Shown here piece after piece: positions 36,081 to 50,500 of a stretch of DNA of 64,000 nt (its first letter is position 1; each line of letters starts with the position of its first letter). Under the pieces are notes generated by a model. The model was given only the letters and a program-made list of their open reading frames with translations, was not told where the DNA came from and made no database searches. Made by a program: the position numbers and the translations under genes. Origin of the DNA: Leptogorgia sarmentosa (lineage: Eukaryota); assembly GCA_964658305.1 (NCBI GenBank), contig OZ210885.1, forward strand, positions 13,330,001 through 13,394,000, written 5' to 3'.

Positions 36081-38051
36081 CTGAAAGAAGTAAAACGTTT
36101 AATTAAAGTCATTTGAAGTTGTCAAGTATATCAGCTGATATTTCATAAGTACAGCAAATCAGTGAATAACACAAATTACCATAAACGTTTACGCCGGGCT
36201 CCGGTTTTTGCGAGTAATACTCAAAGAAATTAACTTATAATTTTGATGGGGGAACAACATATTTTTCGGAAAGATAAGCTTGAAATTCGATTTTCAGGAT
36301 ACTTAGACAACAATCGATCATTGTTGAAATCTTTTAGCTTGAACGAGTGGCTTTTGAATTCGTTTCATCATCTTGGATGTTTTGGCGATCTATAGCCACT
36401 CTGATTTTCAAGTTGCAAAATCAATAAAGTCCACTGTGTTATCGGAACGGTCGTGTACGTTTAGTATTGAACTGAGGTTTATTTATCACCAATATGTCCC
36501 AACAGTAAAACTGTTTGGTACCAAAATGTGGAGCGAGAAAGGATTTTTCTCGAGGTGCAGCCTTTTCCTATAGAAATGTATTGAGTCCGAGACTCTATTC
36601 ATCAGCAAACGCGCTTTGCCAAAAAGCAACGCGTTAAAATTTAAATTCAGAATGGCTGAGACCCCTTACGAGGAGAGATGCGTGTTGAAAAAAGTCGGAT
36701 GATTTAGATGGTTTCGACAGTTAGACTATGTTTCTCAGTACCAGCTGTTTTTGGCATTTTGATTTTGATGAGAAAACGCTGAGGGATATCGGGGGGTATG
36801 GATGAACTCTGAGGACATCGTTCGTACAGCCGTTGGGAAGATAGTGCGGGCTCAAATGTCCGCGAATTCTGGCTATGGTGCGGACTAACAATAGCGTTAT
36901 ATATCAAAATAAGTATATTGTGGTAAAAGAAACGGTTAGCCAGTAGTGATTCACGCTGTTACCTTTTGGCAAATACTTTCAGTTTTATTTTTCCAAGACA
37001 AGTGCACGTCAATTGTTAACCGGATTGTTTTGCATTCATAACCTTGTTTGAGATGTTTATATTCAATGAAAATAATGTCATGGAATAAGAAATACTTCTT
37101 AACATAGGTTTGGAGCCAATTTATATAAAATCTGTCCTAATAGTCCATCTTGTCTTTATATAAAATCTTTATATACTTAGTTTTGTCGTGAATTATTGCA
37201 TGCCGAGCAGGTTCAGACAAAACACTCTGTTACACCCAGATCTTTAACAAATGGGACAAATTACATACAATTACGTTTTTTCTTTTTTTTCCAAGATCGC
37301 ATTGTTTTCAGTAGCAGATCGTCATCATGCAGTTTTGCGAACAATGCAGTTTTAGGATTAAGGTAAGTCGCGCGATAATGGCAATCGTAGACGATCAAAC
37401 TCATCACTGACAGTCGAATGGATAATTTATTTTTAACTGAAATCCGCATTATTAACAGCAGGATGACCCAGGAAATACAATATTGGCGTCAAAAATGACT
37501 GGAACGACAGAATTAGGGCTCGTAGTTGGGGTCCTTTATAGCACTTTCAAACAGTGAGATAACTGAATTAATCTTGATAAGGTCAAAATATACATAACAT
37601 ATAATGCGAAATGAATATAGTAGCAAATAAATTGAAAAGGACGGAAAAAATTCTTGATGAGCTAAATAAGCATTGAGATTTACATTCACCGCAGCATCGA
37701 CGTGCTGCAAATCCTATAGGATTTCTATATACCACAGCAATCTTGTAGTTTTGGTATTCTTTCTCTTCATGCAACACGACCTAAATAATGCATATCAGCT
37801 TGTAGATACTCGCGATGAAACCGTTTTCATTGTATTGTTCGTAATCAGAAATCAGCATGTGAAGCCATAACAATTTGTTAAATCGAATCCAATACTAATT
37901 TGAATGCACTGGTTTTTTCGGAGAAATACATTGTCAACTAAAACGGATATTTCACACACATAAATTTTGTGTATAACGATAGTACAATACCCTGTAGTCG
38001 CATCAATGACTTAAGTATTTAGAAGTTTCAAATAATCCTTCATTTACCCAC

Positions 38052-38460
38052 CTGCATTATGCTCGACCAAACTATTTGTTGACAGTTTCCCGTGGAAAAA
38101 CACATTATTCTGAAGCGACCCAAATAATACTATTTTACCGTCGGGTGATATCACTGGTGGGACGCTCGACCCTTGACGAACAGTCGATACTTGTAGTGAG
38201 TCGAGATTGATTTCACAAGTATGCATATCCCGGCTGCATGTGTAAATCATGTTGCGATCGCATGCTATTTCCACTATATAGGACACGGGTAAAATGACTT
38301 CATTCAAAGACGCATCTGGCTTTTGCCAGTCCCAGATGAACACATGATTATCTTTGCATCCAATTATAACTTGCAACCCATCAGAACTAAAGCGAACAAT
38401 CTCAGGTGTGCCATCGCCATCAATTCCATTGATCACACTGGCATCAGACAAATTCCACAC
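38052..38460 (-). CDS. WD40-repeat protein, exon 5
   Basis: VWNL..VRFSSDGLQVIIGCKDNHVFIWD; phases 0 and 1. Confidence 0.88.
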
Positions 38461-38843
38461 CTTGAAAATAAAAGGAAAAGTTTTTCTGTGTGATACGCAA
38501 GAAACGCTTTAAATTTGTGACTACATTGATTTTAGCAAAACTAATTATGAATATAATAACTAACAGGCACATGAATGACTTTGTAAATAGGTTTAATTAC
38601 TTATATTATGCGTGTTACTTAAAGCGATTATATTAAAAACCGGACATCATGCAGTTCTTAAAGATTTGGATAGAGCATAACTAGTTAGTTAATACGTTCT
38701 AGATTAGGTTTTACGTTTTAATTTCCGAGATATACGTATTAAGAACAGACCTATAATATGACTGGACAAAGCTTCGGTAATGTATAAATGAGCCAATGGC
38801 GCCCATATTGGAGTGACCATATTTTGACGTTCCTACAACTTTA

Positions 38844-41800
38844 CACTGTAAAACTGGAGGGGTAAATATTACTCTTTCGGAGAGTAACTATTACCCATGT
38901 AGGAGGAGTAATCTATTTTGGGGTAGAAATTACTCCCGAATTGAGGGTAATTTGTACTTTAGGGGTAGAATATAGAAGAGTAATTTGACATGGGGTAAAT
39001 TTTACCCCTGTTACGAGGGTAGTTGATTGCGGTGTAAATCGGGTGTAAAATAAAAAGGGGTAAAAATTACCCCACGCTTACCCCCCAATTTTTCAAGATG
39101 GCGGCGACAATAAGGAGCGCCGAGATTTCTAAGCTATTTCTGCGCTGGCAATACTGAAATTCCGCAAGCTATTATCCAACATTTATCATTTACTAATGAT
39201 GTTGAATAAACGGTCCACTCTTGGCAAATAACAAGGTAAGCCGAACGACATTATTCATTATTTTTGAAGTGTTTAATTACCGTCTTTATCGACGAAAGCG
39301 CGCTACGTTTCTTTCCCCGCCGTGCATTCAATGTGTAGCTTTTGCCATTGTTATGAAATGTGAATGAAGCTATGTTATTGCGCCTCACATATAAATGTTA
39401 AAAAGTCAAGCTGAAAGGACAAATAGTTTAATAATTCTCATACAGTGATTATTACTTTGAATAGACGTAGTATTTGTACACAGAGCAGCACATTTGCTCG
39501 GAAAGGTCTGCTGTGAAGTTTGGTTGCAAAATATTTCACAATATGTATAGAATATACAGTCATGGAAATTTTGCGGATTTTGTATACTTTTGTATTACGT
39601 GCGCGCAAAGGCCTTACAATATTTCAAATTGTAATTCTAAATTTGTAGTCTTGCACGTTGCGCATTTGTCCACATATCAAATTTAATCTGAAAGCAATAG
39701 AAACAAATGTTTGTAAATTTATTAAGTCGTGACACAATGATTAACTCTTCTGTGTCCACGTGTTTCAAATCTACCAATCAGTGAATGCGCATTTTTGGCG
39801 CTGAATTACGATGGTAAAATAACGAAACAATCAGGCTTCTCCTCTTTCGCGCTTCATCTTCGTTCGTGATCAAAGCAGTGTTGGGTTTGTATAACATCAA
39901 CGCGTTTCACAGGTAAGCGCTTCTTATTTGTTTGATACACTGCATGTTTATACATACAAGCGTCGCTGTCGCGAAATCTGACTCTGAGTAGATCAATATA
40001 TATTCAATTCAACAATATATATGCGTTGATTAACATTGTATAATTCCTGCGTGATTTGTAAGTTGTACTTTTATGAACGAAATTATCGCCGCCAATGCGC
40101 ACTGAATCCGATGGTTTATGTATGTCGGCGCGCTAACATAAACATAAGCAATAAATTCGGTGGCAACACCTAGCCAAATCTCTTCACTCTTCGTCAAGTA
40201 TCAATTATATTTATATATATGCATGGCTTATTACATTCCAGCTGACTCTTACATTGTAGTATATCACCCGTTAAACAAAGACCTCAACGGGTAGTACCCA
40301 ATTTTTCTCAATTGAGAACATGGGTAATGCCCACGCTGGACTATCGTCTAAGTAGCCTGGCCTGGTAAATTATGAACAGTGATTGCCCGGGTCTATAATC
40401 ATATGCATTTATCCAGGCCAGAGTGGTGAGCAGCGAGCTCGATTTAGCTCAAGTGGTAAGGCACGCAGTGCGTGCGTTGCAGTTCTATAGTTCAAACCCC
40501 AGTTCGACACATTTTTTCAGCGTTGGTGATGAAAACTTTTTTTTCTCAATATTTTTCTGACCACAATGGTCAGGGTTAGGATTCTAGGGTTTGGGTTGGG
40601 ATTAAGGAAATTCTTAGTATATAGAAAAATGGTTTATATCTAATACTATATAACTATATCAAGAGTAATACTGAAACGCCGACCAGCAAGCTTGGGCGAT
40701 AGTCCAGCGTGGGCATTACCCGTGTTCTCAATTGAGAAATATTGGGTACTACCCGTTGAGGTCTTTGTTCAACGGCTGAGTATATATAGTTGCTTTGAAA
40801 TCTTAAAAGCTTTTAAAGTTTATTATACTCTATATATTGCTGAATTCCACGTTCAAATATTGCGTATTGTTGCCACAAACTGATCAAGGTTAAGGTTCAT
40901 TTGGGTTGTTGGAATGCAAAAAATGCGGGTTTGATCAATAACAGCATTCGGTGCTATTAAATTGTGTGTGTAATTTTGTATGTTGAAACTCTTCAAAATC
41001 AACAGTTTTGTTAAATGCTTTTGCTCATGTAAAAGTCATGTAAAATTTATTAGAACTTGTATACCTGTTTTTTAAATCTTATGCGGTGATTGTGTGGCGT
41101 GATTCATGTTTCAGTATGCATGCCTAGTCGGTAAGGAAATTATCAGTTCCTATGTAAACTACACACGCATCACTTTATTATGAACCTCGATATGGAACTA
41201 TTAAGATGATGTGTTCATTGAGAACAGACCCAACTTACTGTTTTTGTGACATAATGGCCACGCTCTTATTCTGTAAATAATACATGCAAACATGATATAG
41301 CTCATTTGTATATTTTCCAAAGCATCAGGCATCAGGCTTTGTGTATAATATATGTAGATCTGGAGAGACTAAATATCATTACATCGCATATGTTCAAGTC
41401 GCATGAAGATCTCCTATATTCCTAACCATTTTAAGTAGTGTATCTCATAAAAATTTGAAATTCTTTTGGTCGCAGATTGTTTGAAAATGAATTGAAATAA
41501 CTCTTCACGTGCTGAAGTTTTGAGTTGGCACGACTTGAAACAGAACGTTGAGGCGGCACGCCTTGCGAAGTGGAGAAGTTTCAATTTAATGAGAACAATT
41601 CTAATTTAACTAGCATGCACTGAATGCATACCTACTGGGAATGAATTTTGCGCCGTGCTGAAGTTTCGGGTTGTCTCGACCTGAAACAGAACGTTGAGGC
41701 GTCACGCCTTGCGAAGGTTGCAATTTTAATTCCTCATAGGTTCTGCTTGCATGCCAAAAAGAAAAAAATATGATGTATGAATTCCTCGCTGGAATAAAAT

Positions 41801-42708
41801 TGGGCTTCAAAATATGAAATCGATGAAATATTCTACACGTAATGGATAGGAAATCAACACAAATAATTTAGCTAGTTTGAGAGTTGTATGAGCAATCTGC
41901 ACATAAACGTCTACCTAATTACGAAGCGAGTTTTGAAATTATGAGATGCATGTATGAATATACCTGAATGTTGAATGTTAACTTTGATTTTTTTGCTCAA
42001 GTTCCACACTTAATTGTCCAAGTTGTTCAACTTAAGAGCTGTTGTCATGCATTCAACATTTTAGGATAATCCAAACTGACCAGACACACTGAGCAGGTTG
42101 TTTCTTGGAGCAAGAGGAGAAATTGCGCGAGAAAAGGTCATCAAGAGCGGTTTTGGCGTTACAATTCCAAAATCTCCTGTCCTCAAGAATGGAAAGACAA
42201 TGCAAGATATCACTGCAAAATTTCTGCATGATTCTACAGCTGGGAATATTGCGCGCTCGAATGAACTTTTATGTTTGTTGTTAATTTTAGATAGATTTTA
42301 AAATACTCTAATAATTTGACCCTCCATATAGATGTGTGTATTGTGTATTACAATAATAAAATTGGAGTACTACAAGTGAAGTTCGATGTTTCATTACTCA
42401 TGCAGGTTCCTGCCGAAATTACTTCAATTCAAATTGTAATAAAATATTGCCCCGTTGTGTACCAGGAGTAAAAATTACCATCTTTGGTAGAAGTGTAAAA
42501 TTTACCCCATTTGGTAAGAGAGTAAAAATTACCCCATTTTTATGCGGGTGAAAATTACCCCATTTCATTTGGGGGTAAAAATTACCCTTTTTATAGGGGG
42601 GTAAAAATTACTCTTTGCGCAAAATTACTCTCAAAACCCGGGGCATTCATTGGACATGAAATTTACCCCACTTTTTAGAGTAATTTTTACTCCCCCAGTT
42701 TTACAGTG
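38844..42708. mobile_element. Non-autonomous EnSpm/CACTA element
   Basis: CACTGTAAAACTGG...CCAGTTTTACAGTG ends, TA TSD, GGGGTAAAAATTACCC subterminal arrays at both ends, no long ORF. Confidence 0.88.
40260..40784. mobile_element. MITE with ~100-bp TIRs nested in the CACTA element, carrying a tRNA-like unit
   Basis: CCGTT.AACAAAGACCTCAACGGGTAGTACCCAA...GCCCACGCTGGACTATCG and its reverse complement; TA-rich flanks. Confidence 0.8.
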
Positions 42709-44541
42709 TAGGTTATAACTTGGAATAAATAAACATTCTCTGAATAAATTTCCTCTAAAAATGGTGTCTTTTTGTTTAAATTTGCTCGTGAATGACTAAT
42801 GAGGTCACACCAAGAAGGACGCCGTGTGATTCTTTGTTCTGTCACCCTGAAGGATGGTATTCAGCGCCTCCTAACGTATGGGTGTTTAGAAGGTTAGTGG
42901 CCCGCAAAACACGTGGTTGTTACTTTTTGTACTCACATCATTGCATGCACATTGTGCAGGTATTGCTCTCTTTTTCCCGCAATTATAAATAAAATCTTAA
43001 TTTTTTACTGTGGTTATCTGTGCTGATGAAGGGGCTCCTCAGTACGGGCCCCGAAGGATCAGAATATCCTTCGTGAAGCTTTTAAAAAAGTTATGACAAC
43101 CTATGTGTATATCTTGAAGTCTTGAACTGCAAAAGGCATTTTCTTTATAATCCGACATGCATGCATATGCGATACAATTTACGGAAACTGCGATCGATTT
43201 CACTCATTTTAAAACTCATCTCATTCAAAATTTCTAACTTCAAAAGGATGATAAATCCAGTAGTTAAAGATCAGTGGATTAATGGGCTCGAACAGGAAAT
43301 TTTGCCATCTCATGAAAAAAGTGGTGCGAATGTCCCAAAAAGCATCTTTACTGAACAATATTTACAGTTTTAGTGCTTTGCATTGCGTGAGTGCGATTAT
43401 TAAGATATTTTACGCTATTTGTTTAAAAAGATGTCTCCTCTCAACGCAGTAACTGTAATAGCAAAGGATCGAGTTTATAGTAAAGAGAAAAGGATATCTT
43501 CCTGGAGTCAGTCCACCCTTGTGCGAAAAAATTGAACTTGACTAACATTTTACGTTGTATTCGAATCTTTGAAAACCAGTTTCAGTTTATAAGCGGTTCA
43601 ATATGGAATTAAATGAGTCATGCGAATTAGAAAATAAAAGTAGTTGCAAAGGAGATAACAAACTTTGAAACAAATTCAGTAAGTTGTAAGTTGTGGTCCT
43701 GAACTCGGCAAATTAACTATATTAGATTAAATTAGTTGCGCTCTGAATATATCCCCTAAACGAGTGCTGAAAAATTGCTTGAACACAATGTGAAACCGAA
43801 ATTGTGTGAGATTTTATCTAGTCCTTTACCAATCAACCAACCAACAACACAAACAAAGCTATGATGACAAGTCGGTTCGACCGTTCCAACGTGTGACATG
43901 CATTTTACTAGCTACCTATAGTGATGACGGTGTCTGCTGATGTATTGCGCATATCAAAAATTTCCTGTCTCAGGCCAGAAAAACGGCAATCCAGGCAATA
44001 CAAAACAAAATTTTCAGCGTGTGTATGCGTTAGGGGCGGGGAACTTGCTTCAACGGGACATTTTAAAATTAATTACGGCGCACAGAAACAGCCTCGTCCC
44101 CGGCGCTTTAAAACAATTGCGCGGTCGCGTGACACGTGCGTGGAGGAGCGAAGGGGAAAATTGCACGAGAAGGGCCTGGCAGAAAATGCAAACAAGATGG
44201 TGGACGCGAGCAAATGCACGGCGGATCACCGTGATTTAATACACTCTTGTTTGGATAATGATGTTGAAAATGTGCGCTCAGCGATTTTGGCAATGGATCA
44301 ACCGTTTGGTCTGCTTATTACAAATATGCAAAATATACAGCGTATACACTATATATATTTAATACATGCATAATCAAACATTCAAATGAGAACATTTTTG
44401 AATAAATTTACCTTCAAAAGTCATATATTGAAGTGATTCATCTATCTAATCCATGGTTCTTCGGAAAAACAGACCAACAAGGGCGAAATTTTAAAACAAA
44501 AGCCAGCAAATTCAAAATATCTCACTTTTCGACAGAAATCT

Positions 44542-47500
44542 TGTTCCCGAATGAACGGACGGTCGGATCAGGCAAGCAAAGGCAGAAACGCGAGAGATTT
44601 TAATACATTTCTCAGGCTTTTAATGTAACACTTTGTACGAAAAACTATGGAATATAACAAAAAAAAAACGTGCTCTTCCGAAGGCCCGCCCGCCAATATA
44701 ACAGCGGCGTCCTGATTGTCTAAGTACTTCATGTACCTTTGTTCGAGAACATCCCCCTCCCGAATGTCACGCATTCGACTATTTAAATCAATAACTTGAA
44801 CTATATATATATAAGGTTTAAGACTGTCTCCTATTGTTTGCTGTCTTCTCCTTCGGCGATGTACTCAAGTGGACACAATCGATGTATCGGTCGAATGTAC
44901 TCTTTGTTTTTCGATTTGAGTTTTACGGTTCTGACGAGGCCGTCGCTTCCGGGGTAGGCTTCGACCACGCGTGCGAGTGGCCATTCCCCTCGGTTTGCCT
45001 GGGGTTCCGCGATTAGTACCACGTCTCCAGACTTGATGTTGTGCCTCGGATGGAACCATTTCTTAGCAACGTTTATACGCGGAAGAAATTCCCTTTTCCA
45101 ACGTTTCCAAAACGACTGTAATAACTGTTGGACACGATGCCACCGGTTTCGGGGATTATACGCTTCCTCTTGGTCCAGGGCCTCGGGGGCAAACACTCCA
45201 CCCAACTGTCCGATAATAAGGTGATTGGGGGTGAGTGGAACAGGGTCATTGACGTCGGAACTCACATAGGTGAGGGGTCTTGAATTTAGAAGCTTCTCGG
45301 CTCCACAGATCGCAGTGTGCAGCTCCTCATCCGTTATATCAGCATTCCCCAAGACGACCTTGATGGCCTTCTTGGCGCTCTTTATCAGAGCTTCGAAGAC
45401 TCCTCCGAAGTGAGGGGCCGATGGTGGGTTGAACTTCCAGTCTATGGGGTGGTACTTGTTTGTCTGCTGGACGATCTGGTCTTGGTCAAAGGCTTGTACG
45501 AGTTCTCGCAATTCCCGCTCGGCGCCGACGAAATTGGTCCCATTATCGGAGATCACATATACGGGCGTCCCCCTCCTTGACACCATCCGTGTAAAGGCGT
45601 TGATGAAGGATGATGTGTCCAGTGAATACGCCATTTCTAGGTGGACTGCCCTGGTCGCTAAGCAGGTGAATAGACATAAATATCGCTTTGATCTGCTCTT
45701 GCCCCGTCCTTGTTTCGTCAGGTAAGGTCCTCCGTAATCGACTCCAACCCTTTCAAATGCTCGCATCGATTGAAATCGTGGCTGTGGCAACGGTGCCATC
45801 TTCTGTTGTGCTGTTTTTACGGAAAAACGTCTACGACATTCTACGCATGACTCAACGACGTTTCTTACCACACGCCTTCCCTTGACTACCCAGAAGCGAC
45901 TTCGTAGCTGTGTGAGCACCTGTTCAACTCCAGTGCCATGTCCCAGTTCCTTATGTGCGTCCATGACGATAAGGCGTGTCACAGCATGTTCCTTCGGGAG
46001 AAATATTGGGTGTCTGCTGTCATAAGACAGCTCATCAGCATGCTTTAGGCGTCCGTCCATCCTAAGCAGTCCATTACCGTCGTTCTTGGGGCTCAGTCGT
46101 AGAAGGCATCCTGTCCGTGCACCTTGAGGAAAGCCGTCTTTCTGCGCTTGTTTGATCCAAAACTGTTCCGAACGAAGTATTTCAGCTGGCGAAAGCACTC
46201 TTCCTCGCTGTCGTGTCTCTTTAGAACGTTTGCAGTTTGCTATGTATCGTTGGATCCAGGCGGTGACTCGGCAGAGACGGTGGAAACTTGAGAAGTTGTT
46301 TGGGACAATTTCTAAGCTAACGTTCGTGACTGTTCCTAGATACGTCTGTGTCGCTCGCATCTCGCCGCTATCAGAAACAGTAGTTGGTCTGGAGGGTGTG
46401 GAAGGCCAGGCGGATTCGTTATCTCTCAGAAATGGTGGACCTTCTAACCAAAACGTACTATCTGCCAGTTCAGTCGCTGACAGACCTCTGGTAGCCAAAT
46501 CTGCCGGGTTTTGCGTTCCGGGGACATGTCTCCATTGCTCGGGACTCGTTGTTCTTTGGATTTCAGCGACACGGTTGGCTACGAATGGCTTGAATTGCTT
46601 GCTATGGTTTCTCACCCAGTACCAAACGTTTTCAGAGTCGGTCCAAAAGACAACTTGGTCGACGGTTAACACTCTGAGAAGGCTTTGGGCTAAACGAGCG
46701 GACAGAATAGCACCCATCAGCTCTAACCTGGGTATCGTCATGACCTTCGCGGGGGCAACACGGCATTTCGAAGCAACAAGTCGCGAAGAAGTGCTATCGT
46801 CGTCGTAACGGCACACTAGGAAGCCAACTGCGGCATACGCGTCCTTCGAAGCATCGGAAAAGAGATGAAGCTCCTTTCTTTGCGGTTTGGGAAGACGTAA
46901 ACAACGTGGTATAAAAACATTTGGCAATTGTAACAGTTCCGCTGACCACTTTTTCCACTTTACGGCTAAGTCATTGGGAAGTGGCTCATCCCAGTCCAAC
47001 CCCGCACGCCAGATCTCCTGCATGAGGATTTTCGCTCTGACCGAGAATGGTGCCAGGAACTGCAGGGGGTCGTAAACTGTGGCTATCGCACTGAGGACAT
47101 TACGCTTCGTCAACGGTTTGCTGGAATCGGGTGGATCTACTGTAAAGCTGAACGCATCTCTTTCGGGTTCCCACATGATGCCCAAGGTCTTTGTTCGAGA
47201 AGGTTCCTCCTTATTGATCTCTACGGCCATAAGACGATCATTCTCTGGAATGCTAGCGACGACGGACGGTTCGTTTGATGTCCACTTTCGTAGTCGAAAT
47301 CCTGCCGTACCAAGGAGGTCTGATAGTTGCTGCTGTAAGTCATGTGCAGTCTCAGGAGTATCATCGACGAGATCATCGACGTACATCGCGTTGTCTACGG
47401 ACTCTGCGGCCGCTGGGAATGTACCTGCGTGAGCTTGGGCGTGGGCATGTACCACATACTGGGCGCAGAACGGGGAAGCGGTATTTCCGAACAGCAATCG

Positions 47501-50500
47501 TCGAAATTCATAAACGTCGGGCTCTCGCGAGGGGTCAAGGTCTCGCCACAAAAATCTATGGTAGGGCCGATCCTTTTCTTGCAGACCAACCTGCAGGAAC
47601 ATTTCCGATATGTCTGCACTCAAGGCTACGGGTGCTCGACGAAAGCGTGTTAGAACATCTACTATTTCTCGCTGCAACTTCGGTCCTGGAAGAATACAGT
47701 CATTTAAACTTTTGCCACCATGCTTCATCGCCGCGTCAAAGACGATACGGACCTTGGTGGTGTGCTTGCTAGGTCTGATAACAGGGAAATGCGGGAGAAA
47801 CCATTGTTCCTTCACCGTTGAGGTAGGCACTTTGGCTATGTAGCCTTTCTTCTCATACTCTTGTAAGATCGTCCCATAGGCTTCCACAATGTCAGTCCCT
47901 TTCCTCCTAAGGGATCTTTCTTGGTTCTCGAGTCGTAGCACTGCGGCATCATAGTTACTGGACAAGTTAGGCTCTCCATGCTTCCAAGGTATTCCAACCT
48001 CGTAACGACCACCTTCGAACTTAAGAGATCCTGCGACTGCTGCCGTTGCCGCTCTTTCCTCAGCTGTCATTGCTTGTTGGCTACTCGTATCCTTAATTCC
48101 AAGTACTTCGAGGTCCCAAAACTTTCGCAGGAGGTCTTCAGGTGGCAGTTGGCGATCAACTTGCCCTGTACGGTAGGTTCGCGTGAAATGCGAACGGGAC
48201 TCACGCCGGAACTCATCAACTAACGTCGGCCCGAAACATACCCAACCCAAGTTGGTTAAGCGGGCTATAGGGTCATTTGGTAGTCTACCGTGAATTTCAT
48301 TCAAGACGTGGTGAAAGATTGGGTGGTCGCTACCAAGCATAACATCGATTTGCTGCCGCTTCGAAACACGGTGGAAGGGAACAGCCTGCAGATGGGGCCA
48401 TTTCTTCCTAAGTTCGCACCACTGAATAGCTGGCGTGTCACCTGCGATGTTGTCCAGTACATGTGCTTGCACCGGGGCAGTAAAGGACCTGTCCAAGCTT
48501 GTCACGTTAAGTTCTACACGGCGAGATCGCTTCTGTATTTCTATGCCTCCAGTGCCTGCAATTGTCAGGTTCAGTGTTTGTCCCTGCAGTCCGAGTTCGT
48601 GTGCTGCATCTTCTGACACATAGGAGCTAGTCGAACACGGATCTAGCATAACATTGGCCTTAATATCTCTTCTCCCATTGCCAATAAGAGCAGGTATCAC
48701 CATCAATGAGACGTTTTCTACTTTCGTTGTGGCATGGGTTCTTTCTTGAAACTGCTGGTTGGGTGGAGGTAAAGTGTGATGATCGGTTTTAGAAGGTGGA
48801 GAGACTTTATTCTGAACTGACTGTCCTGGAGGTGCGTAGGTCGGAGCGTCGGGTCGTAACTGTTCTCCACTGTCCCGTTTCTTCGGATTGGCCAAATGAA
48901 GGTAACTACTGTGCTCTCTACTCAGGCAACCGCCGACACCACATGGTCTCGATCTAGTACAATCTTTACTGTGATGTCCTGCGGCTAAACAACGGTAACA
49001 ACGTCCCGATTTGGCAATCAACTCTTTACGTTTTATCACGGGCAAATCTTTGAACGCTTTACAAATCCATGGAGGATGGTCTTCTCTGTAGTTTGGAACA
49101 ACACAGCTTCGAGGCGCAGAACTGGTGGCGTAGCCTCGCTGGCGTTTCTTGAAATTGGCTCCTCTTTCTTCCTTCCTTCCAATGCCTTTAGTTTCTTCAT
49201 GAGCTTCCTCCATGATCTGTACTCGTATTTCGATCCATTCCAGCAGAGAATCAAAGTTGTCTTCGCACGAGTGATCTCTCAACCAATATTTATAAGCCTG
49301 CACATATTCCTCCGGAAGTTTCTCTTTCGCAGTCAAACATAGACTCTGTCCGTGTATTGGTCCGTGGTCCTGGGTAGCAATCAACACCTTCTCTAGTAAA
49401 GTTTGAAGCTCTTCCAAATCCTGTAGGTTTTGCGGTTGAACTTGTCTGAAATTGCGAAGAGCGGTAAGATGCTTTATTTGTAGACGTCTCTCCCCTCCGT
49501 ATCTTTTTTCCAATTTAGATTTTGCTCTCTCGTATGCGTTACTGGAGTAACCAAGATCTTTTACCATGGCTAATGCCTTTCCAGACAAACAGCTTTGCAG
49601 CCTGAGCATCTTCTCCTCGACTGGGACATCCAAGCGGTCGACGACTGACATGAAGGCAGCCTTCCAAGATTCGTAATCACTTTTTTCTTCTCCCGAGAAA
49701 GTAGGCAGTGTCACTCCTTTCAGCCTTATGGGCGCAGCTTTTTGATGCTGGTCTTTACGCTCCCGTTGATCTTTAGTGCGGAAGTCATGCACTGTATTGA
49801 GGTCAGATGGTTGTGACTTTCGTTTGGCTTCTTCGGCTCTGGACTGGTTGAGGGCTGCGATTTTTCTTGCTTCCTCTGTTCGCTGCTTGGTCAAGTTAAG
49901 CTCTGCCATCAGCCTCTCAAGCTCTTGTTCTTTTTCCTTTTCTTCATTCTCCATCTGGGTAAGTCTCTCAATGGCCTCTTTCGCCTCTCTCTGCTTCTCT
50001 TCAATGACCTGGAGCTCATTCGACTTTGCGGGCGAACTGGCTTGTGACTGATGTGAAGTTATGACAGAATCAGCTTCACCATTCTGTAATCTTTCTGCTA
50101 GATGTTTCTCAGCCATCACAATTACAGGCTCAACTAAGGATGCAATGTCTTCCAGTTCTTTGTCCAGAGTGTCAATAATAGTGTTTGCATCGTCATTTTC
50201 GGCACTCACGGCATAAGTTTCCTTTAGATTGCCGATGATTTTCTGGATAATACAAAACTCTGAGTTTACTTTGTTGATTCCTCTTCTAATGGCATTTTTG
50301 CTCGGTAAATCAACACCAGGAAGTTGTTTTCCTATTAAATCATTAAGACTCTTTCTTGCTCTAGTCAGTCTGGCTTTTGCAGCCTTTTTACTACTTCGCA
50401 GCGCCTGAACTTTGCCATTACTCACTTGTTCGTCTTCCTTATCAACGTCTTGAACGTCTTGGGTCGCATCCACTTGTTGGATTGTCTCGGTCGGCTGGTC

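Noticed and set aside
43921..44373. 150-aa ORF
   Set aside because: It crosses a MITE boundary and has no recognisable domain.
44834..50051. Plus-strand ORFs overlapping the BEL polyprotein
   Set aside because: Antisense shadows of a long coding sequence.
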